Translations under genes and position numbers: made by a program | Notes under the pieces: generated by a model | What the model saw: only the letters and a program-made list of their open reading frames with translations | What the model was told of the DNA's origin: nothing | Database searches by the model: none | Shown: positions 37,782 to 45,789 of the stretch, one piece after another | Position numbering within the stretch: position 1 is the stretch's first letter | Layout of the letters: every line of letters starts with the position of its first letter | Source: an uncultured candidatus Porisulfidus sp. | Lineage (GTDB): Bacteria; Pseudomonadota; Gammaproteobacteria; Poriferisulfidales; Poriferisulfidaceae | DNA length: 64,000 bases | Reading direction: 5' to 3' | Assembly (NCBI GenBank): GCA_965242985.1 | Contig: OZ251520.1 | Span: forward strand, 1,683,227-1,747,226

Positions 37782-40457
37782 TCAGTTGCTGTCGGCCGGC
37801 GGGGCCTCCCGCACCGCGCCGAAAGCGCCGAACAGCATCGCGCCTTCCGCGACGCCGTTGTTGCCCGCGCCGCTGGTGCCGGTGCCGACCACCTCGAACG
37901 TGCCGCCGACTTCCTTGTGCGCGGCGTCGCCCGTGCCGTAGAACATGCCGTCGAGCACGGTGCCGGTCAGCTCCGGAGAGTCGCCGGCGGTCATGCCCAC
38001 GTGGCGGAAAGTGCCGGTGTCGGTCAGGGCCATTTCCTCGAACTTGAAGCCGCGCCCGGTGCCGTCGGTGGCGTCGCCTTCGACGCCCAGAGTAGTGACC
38101 GCGGCCCCGTTGTGCGGAGTCACGAAGCTGTCGAACGTCACGTCCACCTCTGTGTCGGCGAAATCGACCTCCACGGTCGCGTCGGCACGCCAGACCTCGG
38201 CCTCGCCGGCCGAGGCGGTGCTCATGGCGAGCGCCTCGCCGTTCCAGGTCGCGGTGCCGGTCCCGGTGGGCGCGGTCCCGCTCGGCACGCCCATCGACGC
38301 CGCGCCGTACAGCGCGTCCTGCTGCCACAGCGTGGGGTTGTCGTCGAAACGGAGCCCGGCCAAGGTGAAGGCTTTCACGTTGGCGGTCGTCGCGGAGATC
38401 TGCGTGACTGCGAACATGCTGTGTTCCATCCAGCCCAGATATCGGACGAAGTTGACTACCGCGCCGCCGCCCTGCTCATGATCGGGAGGGTTAGAGAAAT
38501 CGCCGCCGCTGGCCGCATGAGAATAATCCGTGACATCATTATTGAGCCCCTCCGCGGAGATGTAATAGTTCTCTCTCGTCAGCTGCACGACGCGGTCGGC
38601 CTCGTTGGCTTCGGTGGAGGGGTCGTCGACGGCGGGCGGCGAACTGATATCCATGAAGCCGACATCGTTGTCGGTGAAGCCCGGCGCGATGCCCAGGAAC
38701 GCGAACTCCCCGGCGGGCGCGGTGACGGGCGCGGCCGCGCCGCGCGTGCCCCGGTTCGCCAAGTCGCGGAACGCGGCCAGCGTCGGCTTGATGCTGCGCC
38801 AGAACACCCGTCCCATGCGCTCCGCCAGCGTGTCGCCCTCATCCTGGTATTCCGGGGCGATCGACGTGAACAGCTTGTTCAGCCGGTTGCCGGTGGTCGC
38901 CTGGTACGTGCCGAGGTTGGCGCTTTCGGCGCCGACCGCGACCGTGCTCCGCTCGGGATCCAGCGTGATGCAGTCGTTGTCGCAGCTCTCGAAGTTCTCC
39001 GTCAAGCGGCCCTGCAGGGTCAGCGTGGCGTTCGAGTCCGACGCGCCGACTCCCGTGATGTCGACTTCCGTTTCGTTGACGTTCAACGCGCTCGTTCTCA
39101 TCTTCAGGTACCGGATGCCCATCGTGCGCAGGCCCTCTTGCTCCAGCACGGCCTTGGGCCCGCTGCGCAGGCCGGCAAGCCGGTTGGCGTTGTAACTATG
39201 GCCCCAATGACGGACGGACGAGGAGCCGGCGGTCCCGGCCTCGTACTCTCCCGCAATGTCGGTGGTGACCGAAGCCCGATTCGTATTCGTGCCGCCGATG
39301 TTGTCCGCAATCAAGACTTTGCTTTGCGCGACGACATCCGGATCCGTGCCCTCGTCGTCGCCGTCGGGCATCGTCCGCGAGATGGACGTCCGCGTCAGCG
39401 TCGCGTCGGCCATATACGCCGCCGCGTCGTAGGTGTGCGTGACGGTCATCCCGCCCCCTGCGTCCACCTCCCGGGTGACGCTGGAAACGTCGCCGTCCGC
39501 GTCGTACTTGACCAGCAGATTGCCGGAGGAAACCATCAGCACCTGGGTCCGGACGCCGTCCGCGTTGTAGGAGGTGATCGTCGTAACCGCCTGCGTGCCC
39601 GCGCCCATCGAGTCTTCGCTGTACGAATACCTGGTCACCACCCGGGTCCGGTCGGCGCCCTCGGTGGTGATCACGGTCATCATGGTCACCCGGTGGTGCA
39701 TCGTGTCGTCGTCGGTGTCGTCCGCCGTGCCCTGATTGGCCGTGTGCACCTCGTAGACGTACTCCGTCTTGCTCATCTGGTTGCCGTCCGCGTCGAACTC
39801 GAACACCGTCATCGGATCCGTCGTGAGCATCGCGGCCACCGCATTGTCGCCGGAACCCTGCGGCGGACGCGTGTAGTAGTCGGTCCGCATGCTGGTCATG
39901 TCGGCCCGGGTCAGCACCATCCGCGTGACCATGGAGATGGCCAGCGCGCCGCCCGGGGCGGAGGCGGTGCCCGCCGTCCGCGTGATCGTGCCGGTGCGCA
40001 CCGTCGTGGTGCCGCCCGTGATCGCCACGGTCTCGGTGCCCGCGCCCGTCATGTCGTCCGCGTCGATCATCGCGCCTTCGCCGAACATCACGGTCGTGGT
40101 CGTGTCGCCCATCACCGTCACGATCCGCATCACGTCGGCGATGCTGTACGTGGGATCGGCGTCGGCGTCCGCGCCCGCGGTCTCGGTCACGGTGCCGTGG
40201 TACGTCACCATCCGGGTCACCTCGCCGTCCGTCGTCGTCCGCACGACCAGCGTGCCGGCCGCGCCGCCCATCGCGGTGCAATCGCCGCCCGCGCCGCACA
40301 TGTACATCGAGGTGGACATCACCACCGGCTCGGTCGGCTCCGGCGCCGGGGCCGGCGCCGCCGCGCCGCCGCCGCTGCCGCCGCCGCTGCAGGATGCCAG
40401 CAGGCCGGCCGCCAGCAACGCGGCCGCCGTCTTCAGTTCGGAACGGGAAATGCTCAT
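37782..40457 (-). CDS. Large surface lipoprotein (lipobox LLASC) with C-terminal TbpB/fHbp-like 8-strand barrel; candidate Slam-dependent surface lipoprotein
   Basis: Start MSISRSELKTAAALLAAGLLASC preceded by GAGAGGA; C-terminal GTFEVVG...AMLFGAFGA barrel-like motifs; immediately upstream of the Slam gene. Confidence 0.6.
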   Translation of the reverse strand: MSISRSELKTAAALLAAGLLASCSGGGSGGGAAAPAPAPEPTEPVVMSTSMYMCGAGGDCTAMGGAAGTLVVRTTTDGEVTRMVTYHGTVTETAGADADADPTYSIADVMRIVTVMGDTTTTVMFGEGAMIDADDMTGAGTETVAITGGTTTVRTGTITRTAGTASAPGGALAISMVTRMVLTRADMTSMRTDYYTRPPQGSGDNAVAAMLTTDPMTVFEFDADGNQMSKTEYVYEVHTANQGTADDTDDDTMHHRVTMMTVITTEGADRTRVVTRYSYSEDSMGAGTQAVTTITSYNADGVRTQVLMVSSGNLLVKYDADGDVSSVTREVDAGGGMTVTHTYDAAAYMADATLTRTSISRTMPDGDDEGTDPDVVAQSKVLIADNIGGTNTNRASVTTDIAGEYEAGTAGSSSVRHWGHSYNANRLAGLRSGPKAVLEQEGLRTMGIRYLKMRTSALNVNETEVDITGVGASDSNATLTLQGRLTENFESCDNDCITLDPERSTVAVGAESANLGTYQATTGNRLNKLFTSIAPEYQDEGDTLAERMGRVFWRSIKPTLAAFRDLANRGTRGAAAPVTAPAGEFAFLGIAPGFTDNDVGFMDISSPPAVDDPSTEANEADRVVQLTRENYYISAEGLNNDVTDYSHAASGGDFSNPPDHEQGGGAVVNFVRYLGWMEHSMFAVTQISATTANVKAFTLAGLRFDDNPTLWQQDALYGAASMGVPSGTAPTGTGTATWNGEALAMSTASAGEAEVWRADATVEVDFADTEVDVTFDSFVTPHNGAAVTTLGVEGDATDGTGRGFKFEEMALTDTGTFRHVGMTAGDSPELTGTVLDGMFYGTGDAAHKEVGGTFEVVGTGTSGAGNNGVAEGAMLFGAFGAVREAPPADSN

Positions 40458-40600
40458 GGGAATGATCCTCTCGGTTGGGGTTGGGAGTGGAAAAAAGTGA
40501 TTCGGTGGCGTCTTCCGGGGCCGTCGCCGCGGCCTCCCGGGCGGCCGCCCGCCGCCGGCGCGCAACCATGCCCCCGCCTCTCCGGGCGGGTCGGCGCGGG

Positions 40601-40629
40601 ATTATAGATGGTGCCGGTCATTTTGTAAA
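40601..40629 (-). promoter_or_regulatory. Near-consensus sigma70 promoter (TTTACA-17-TATAAT) ~145 nt upstream of lipoprotein start
   Basis: Reverse strand reads tctTTTACAaaatgaccggcaccatcTATAATc. Confidence 0.45.
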
Positions 40630-40743
40630 GACAGCCCGCACGGCCCCTCTCGCCCGCCCGGCGCGGGGGGAGGAAAGTCTCTCCCGCCCCGTCGCTGGGA
40701 AATGCGGCTGGCTGTGCGGCGGGAGAGTATACCACAGGGATTC

Positions 40744-40758
40744 GGGGGGGGGGGGGGG
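40744..40758. repeat. 15-nt poly-G (poly-C on lipoprotein strand) homopolymer upstream of lipoprotein promoter
   Basis: Read directly. Confidence 0.9.
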
Positions 40759-40860
40759 CGGAATCCGGCCCCGGATTCCGCGCCCGCCGCCGCCCGTGCC
40801 GGCGCCTGCTCCGCCGCCGCCGCAGGATGCCGGCAGGCCCGCCGCCGGCCCGCGCCGCGC

Positions 40861-41688
40861 CTACTCCGGCACCGCGAACGTCAGCCGCCGCGCCAGGCGC
40901 AGCAGCTCGCGCAGGCTCCCCACCGCCGCGTGCGGGCGGTGCGGGTGGCGCGCGGTGCCGGGGAACATCCGGTCCAGCCGCTCCCGCTCCCAGCCGGCGC
41001 CGTTGTAGAACACCGCCGTCGCCCCGGCGCGCCGGGCGGCGGCCACGTCGGCGGCGCTGTCGCCCACGCACCAGCAGTGCGGGTCCGCCGGCAGGCCGAG
41101 CGCCGCGGCCGCGGCCCGCACCGGCGCCGGGTCCGGCTTGCGCCGCGGCGCGTCGTCGCCGCACACCAGCGCGTCGAAGCAGCCGCGCAGGTCGGCCGCC
41201 GGCGAGGCCCGCGCCAGCGCCGCCAGCTCGCGCCGCACGAACGCCCGGTTGCGGTTGCTGAGCAGGCCCAGCTTCGCGCCCATCGCCCGCAGCGCCGCGA
41301 GCGCGCGCGGCGCGTCCGGCTCCAGCAGCTCGACCGGCCCCGGCGGCGCCGCCCGGTAGGCGGCGTCGAAGGCGCGGTGGGCGAGGTCCTTCGCTTCGCC
41401 GTCGTCGCCGAACAGCAGCTCGAACAGGTCGGTGCGCGAGATCTTGCGCGCCGCCCGCGCCCGCGGGTGCAGCCGGCCGTGCGCGCGCACGTGGCGCAGC
41501 AGCTTGGCCTCCTCCAGGGTGCGGCTGGCGGCGACCGGCGCCAGCCGCCCGCGCAGGCCGAGCTCCGCCAGCCGCGGCAGCACCTCGTCGACCGCGCGGT
41601 ACATCGCGTCGTGGGTGTCGACCAGCGTCGCGTGCCAGTCGAACAGGATCGCGCGCGGCGCGGCCTGCGGGTGCTCAGCCGCCGCCAT
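40861..41688 (-). CDS. HAD-superfamily hydrolase (phosphatase-like)
   Basis: ILFDWHATLVDT motif I and VGDSAADVAAARRAG motif IV. Confidence 0.55.
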   Translation of the reverse strand: MAAAEHPQAAPRAILFDWHATLVDTHDAMYRAVDEVLPRLAELGLRGRLAPVAASRTLEEAKLLRHVRAHGRLHPRARAARKISRTDLFELLFGDDGEAKDLAHRAFDAAYRAAPPGPVELLEPDAPRALAALRAMGAKLGLLSNRNRAFVRRELAALARASPAADLRGCFDALVCGDDAPRRKPDPAPVRAAAAALGLPADPHCWCVGDSAADVAAARRAGATAVFYNGAGWERERLDRMFPGTARHPHRPHAAVGSLRELLRLARRLTFAVPE

Positions 41689-42691
41689 CGAGCGCCGCGC
41701 TCTCCAGCTCCAGCCGCAGGTCGGCGCGGCACAGCGCGCTGTGCACGAAGCGCCGCGGCGCGGCCGCGCCCAGCGCGCGGTCGAGCGCCGCGCGCGCCGC
41801 CGGCAGGTCGGCCGGGTCCGCCAGGTAGACCTTCTGGAACGGCAGGTCCTGCGCCCGCTCGGGGCCCGCGAGCCCGGCCAGGCGCGCCTGCGCCACCACC
41901 GCCGCGTGGTTGCGCAGCGCCTCGCGCGCCTGCGCCGCCGCGTCGCCCGGGTGGCGGGTGGCGCAGCCGACGATGCTGGCGGTGCCGGACAGGAACAGCG
42001 CGCGCGACGCGCCGTCGGCGTGCCAGGCGCCGCGGCTGAACGACGGCCCGTGCGGGCCGAGCGCGGCCGGGTAGTCCGGCGGCGGCGTCTGCCGGGGGTT
42101 GTCCAGCGCGCGCGGCGCGCGCGCCGCGGTCAGGGCCAGCAGCGCGAGGCCCGGCGCGGCGCTGCCGGTGGTGGTCGCCGCCGGCAGCGGCGCCGCGAGC
42201 GCGGCCTCGTCCTCGGTCATCGCCCGCCGCCGCCCGGCGCAGAACGCCTGGTAGCGCCCGTCCCGGGCCAGCGCCGGCAGGTGGCACCACACCCGCAGCA
42301 GCCGCGGGCAGCCCTGCGCGCGCGCCAGCGCGAGCAGCTCCGCGCAGGCCCGGTAGCTGGCCGCCCGCAGGTCGTCCGCTTCGTCGAACACCGCCCAAGC
42401 GAACAGCCGCCCGCCGCAGCGCACCCAGCGGAACGCCCCGGCCGCGCCGCGCCCGCCGATGCGGTCGCTGGACCAGACCTCCGCGAACGGCTTGCCGTCG
42501 AGCGGCGGGAGCGCCAGCTCCAGCCCAGCATCGGTCGCCCGCTGCCGCGCGGCGCCGTAGGCGACGCGCAGCAGCACCTCCTCCGCCGGCGGCGCGACGG
42601 AGTCCGGGAGGAACGCGAGGCGCAGGGAACGGGGGCCGGTGTGCATGGCGTCGGGCTGCCGGCGCGCCCGCTGGGATGCGCGGCGGCGCAT
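41675..42691 (-). CDS. Hypothetical enzyme (possibly FkbO/Hyg5-chorismatase/RidA-like), 5' end duplicated at 45341..45540
   Basis: 338-aa high-GC ORF; N-terminal 55 aa has a diverged second copy 2.7 kb away. Confidence 0.3.
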   Translation of the reverse strand: MRRRASQRARRQPDAMHTGPRSLRLAFLPDSVAPPAEEVLLRVAYGAARQRATDAGLELALPPLDGKPFAEVWSSDRIGGRGAAGAFRWVRCGGRLFAWAVFDEADDLRAASYRACAELLALARAQGCPRLLRVWCHLPALARDGRYQAFCAGRRRAMTEDEAALAAPLPAATTTGSAAPGLALLALTAARAPRALDNPRQTPPPDYPAALGPHGPSFSRGAWHADGASRALFLSGTASIVGCATRHPGDAAAQAREALRNHAAVVAQARLAGLAGPERAQDLPFQKVYLADPADLPAARAALDRALGAAAPRRFVHSALCRADLRLELESAALDGGG

Positions 42692-42725
42692 CCGAATGAT
42701 AAAGGATGGCCAGCCGGCTGCGGCG

Positions 42726-43766
42726 TCACTCGCGGCCTAGGACTCTATTAATGCTGCCGATCCCGTGCGCGCGCAGTTTTTCCGGCTTGTTGAAGTTCGG
42801 GGGGTGTTCCGCATAGACCACGCCCACCAAGCTGCATCGGGACAGGTCATCGCCTTGTCTCTTGTACACCTCCCAAATTCCTCCACCGCTCATACCGCCC
42901 CAAGATGTCGGATCCTCATGCAGTATTTTTTCCACCGCCGGATCCTGCGCTGCCTCCCCCCAATCAGACTGTCCTGTCTTTGGGCGGCCGTACAACTCTA
43001 GAGTGTAGTCGAAACGATCCCACCCGTCTTCCGACTCCAATGCAGGACCTTCGCGGAATACTTGCCTCTCCATTGCACATAGCGTTAACTTTTTTCTTTC
43101 TTCTGCCAGCAACTTCTTACTTTTCTCGTGTACTCGGCCGCATGCCCACAAGCTTGCCTGTTGGCGGCCCTGCTTACGCATTTCTTCGGTACGTGTTTCC
43201 TCTGATTGCCGCCAGTTGTGAAAAATGCCCCCATGTCTTTCGAGTTTGCGCGCATCTTCCTCCGTGATCCGCATCCAAGCGATATCCGGACCTTTCAACT
43301 GCACGTCCATCGGATCATCATGACTTGCGTCCAAGCCCTCCGACAACGGCATGATTTCCCCTTGCAGCGATATCGGAAGATAACCTTGCGAACCGAACGT
43401 TGCCAGCTTCCGCCTTTGGGCGATTGTCATCTCTGCCAACTTCCGCTCTTTGGCAATTGTCATCTTGACTTCTTCGCCTTGGGCTTCTTCGCCTTGCCGC
43501 TGTTCCTCGACTAGATGCCCCGCGACATGCCCAGCCGTCAGTATCCCCGGGTCGTCCCCATTTCGCACAAGCACGCCTGTCCCGACCTGAATCTTGAGCA
43601 TATCCTCCAAGCTTCGCACTTCTTCTCCATCTGTCCATTTGCTGATGAGCACGGTCTGGGCTCGCAATTTCCGTGCCACCCGCTGATTTTCTTCTTCACC
43701 CAAGGCTACCCCGACGTCATCCGCGAGACGGTCTCGGTCCGAGAGGTTGTTGGCCAAGCGATTCAT
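42726..43766 (-). CDS. Cytoplasmic trypsin-like (S1) serine protease
   Basis: LTAGHVAGH (His), GMSGGGIW (Ser) motifs; no signal peptide; low GC. Confidence 0.5.
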   Translation of the reverse strand: MNRLANNLSDRDRLADDVGVALGEEENQRVARKLRAQTVLISKWTDGEEVRSLEDMLKIQVGTGVLVRNGDDPGILTAGHVAGHLVEEQRQGEEAQGEEVKMTIAKERKLAEMTIAQRRKLATFGSQGYLPISLQGEIMPLSEGLDASHDDPMDVQLKGPDIAWMRITEEDARKLERHGGIFHNWRQSEETRTEEMRKQGRQQASLWACGRVHEKSKKLLAEERKKLTLCAMERQVFREGPALESEDGWDRFDYTLELYGRPKTGQSDWGEAAQDPAVEKILHEDPTSWGGMSGGGIWEVYKRQGDDLSRCSLVGVVYAEHPPNFNKPEKLRAHGIGSINRVLGRE

Positions 43767-43897
43767 CTTGGCCTCCTAAGCGGAAATGTTAGTCGTGAAA
43801 GTGCGGGTTCCCTGCCTGCCATTCGTCCAGACGCGGGATCACCGCAAACTTCAGTATGGACACCGCAGGTTGGTGAACACACAAACGCCATGACAAA

Positions 43898-44242
43898 CTA
43901 CCGGTACTGCTCGTTCAACCGGGGACCGTACGACTGCCCCAGCTCTTTCTCGATGCCTTTCCGCTCGTATTCCTTGTCCACTTCCAGAACATGGACATGG
44001 CTGACCCCTAGCCGCACCGCTTCCCGCCACTTGTCGTGCGCGGGAATCCTATCGGCGAAACTCTCCGTCTCCCCGATGTAGAGGGGGATATATCGCCAGG
44101 AAGACTCCTGCAAAAGAGCGAAAATGTATACGCCGCCCGTTTCGGGCACTTTTCCCCAATCGACGTCGCGGTCATAAACTCGGAACTGGTAGTCCAGCCA
44201 CATGCAGGTCCGGTCCAGGGTTCGGTCGGTGTAGGTCATCAT
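43898..44242 (-). CDS. GIY-YIG nuclease-domain protein (114 aa)
   Basis: GGVYIFAL...YIGETES...R...H motif. Confidence 0.55.
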   Translation of the reverse strand: MMTYTDRTLDRTCMWLDYQFRVYDRDVDWGKVPETGGVYIFALLQESSWRYIPLYIGETESFADRIPAHDKWREAVRLGVSHVHVLEVDKEYERKGIEKELGQSYGPRLNEQYR

Positions 44243-44343
44243 GGGCCTCTTCGTGCAGTGTCAACCATAGCATTCAGCCTGTCCCCCGCTATGCGGACGA
44301 TCGGGCATTTGCAGAATCGGGCGAACCATACGCGAGCCCGGCA

Positions 44344-44712
44344 TCAGCCGTTCGTCTGCACGCGTTGCACGTACGCCGTGACCACGCTGGTGATGGCCCC
44401 GCTGAAAAGGAAAATCCTGAGCCCGGGAAGCTCGTCTTCCGCCAACCACCTCATGCCGACCGGAGCCAAATGGTGCAATGCGACCACCACTACGACGACG
44501 GCCATGGCCGCGATCACCACGATCATCAACGAGTGCATGCCCCAAGACAAAATGGCGCGGCCCCGCTCATCGCGGCGATGCTTGCTGATCTTCTCCTGAG
44601 CCTCAATAGCGTAACCGCGGCGATACGCGCCTTTTTCGTCCTCGGCGTCAACCGGCTCGCTGCCCAGCTCATCCAGCGCTTCGGGCTCCAGAACGCGCCG
44701 TTGCCCCGTCAT
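44344..44712 (-). CDS. Small membrane protein, candidate toxin (PanT) partner of Panacea antitoxin
   Basis: Start MTGQRR overlaps the PanA stop (ATGA); hydrophobic IVVIAAMAVVVVVVAL segment. Confidence 0.4.
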   Translation of the reverse strand: MTGQRRVLEPEALDELGSEPVDAEDEKGAYRRGYAIEAQEKISKHRRDERGRAILSWGMHSLMIVVIAAMAVVVVVVALHHLAPVGMRWLAEDELPGLRIFLFSGAITSVVTAYVQRVQTNG

Positions 44713-45239
44713 GCGGCCTCCGCCAGTTTGGCGGCGGCCACTTTTGCGGCATAGTGCTCCATGATCAAGTTGTTCGGGATGACCGAGTTCTTCCCGCGCA
44801 AGCTCCACACCGTATGCCACGGCGTGTTTTCCGCATGCGTGAGCCGGGACAATTCCACGCCGCTCAGGTGGCTGTACTTCTGGTACACCTGCTGGAGCAG
44901 GTCGCTTTCAATGTCGTCGAAAACTTCCGTTTCCGGAGCGTAGATTTTCTCCGTGACAGGCTCCCCCCGGTACTTTCTCACTCCGCGATACACTTCCGCC
45001 ACCACCGGGCCGTAGCGCCACGCCAGAACATCGTGCCGGATCAGGGGCTTCCGATAAAGGCCCAGCATCCACCCGTGGGACAGGTAGACCAGTTTGACCA
45101 CCTGCAACGGGGTCAACGGGTTGTCGCTCTCGATGCCTTTTGCAACGATATCGTTTGCGACAGAACGCGAGTCACGCATAATTGAGGTCCTCCTTGCGGT
45201 CGATGCAGTAGTTCGGTTCCGGCAACTGATGGTTGCCAT
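44709..45239 (-). CDS. Panacea (DUF4065) domain antitoxin-like protein
   Basis: QVVKLVYLSHGWMLG, WRYGPVVAEVY, TPWHTVW signature; 176 aa. Confidence 0.65.
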   Translation of the reverse strand: MATISCRNRTTASTARRTSIMRDSRSVANDIVAKGIESDNPLTPLQVVKLVYLSHGWMLGLYRKPLIRHDVLAWRYGPVVAEVYRGVRKYRGEPVTEKIYAPETEVFDDIESDLLQQVYQKYSHLSGVELSRLTHAENTPWHTVWSLRGKNSVIPNNLIMEHYAAKVAAAKLAEAA

Positions 45240-45340
45240 GTCAACGACCGTTGACGACCATTGTAATCCACCCGCCCCCTCCCCCAGTCAAGCGGCGCTA
45301 TGTGCCGGACCTTTTCCGGCCCTTGCCGCCGCCTTACATG

Positions 45341-45540
45341 ATCTCCGCCGCAAAACCCGCTGCCGAGCGGCGGGAGCGCCAGCTCCAGCCCGGCATCGGT
45401 CGCCTGCTGCCGCGCGCCGCCGTAGGCGACGTGCAGCAGCGTCTCGTCCGCCGGCGGCGCGGGGGAGCCCGGGAGGAAAGTGAGGCGCAGGGAGCGGGGG
45501 CCGGTGTGCACGGTTCGGATTTCCTGTGGAACGAGGTCCA
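45341..45540. repeat. ~150-bp segment ~90% identical to the 5' end of gene 41675..42691 (42481..42660)
   Basis: gagcggcgggagcgccagctccagccc...ggcgcagggaNcgggggccggtgtgca shared. Confidence 0.6.
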
Positions 45541-45789
45541 CGGAGCTCGCGGAAAGCAACGTGTCCGCCCGCGGTACGCGGCAACACACTATAATATGTC
45601 AAAGTAATGCGGGACAACCTCCGAGAGGTTCCCGAAAACGCGCCGAGAGCGTGCAACTTTACGAAGAGGGATCGAGGACTTCACTAGGCTTCCGGTCAAT
45701 TGGCTTCTGCGGACCGGGTTGACCTCCCCGTTGAAACCTCATCAAACGCTGACTTGCCCGTACCCGTAAATCCTGCACGAAGTACTGCC

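Noticed and set aside
45113-45589. 158-aa ORF as a real gene
   Set aside because: Only its first ~55 aa are meaningful, and they are a diverged duplicate of the N-terminus of gene 41675..42691. The remainder is out-of-context sequence.
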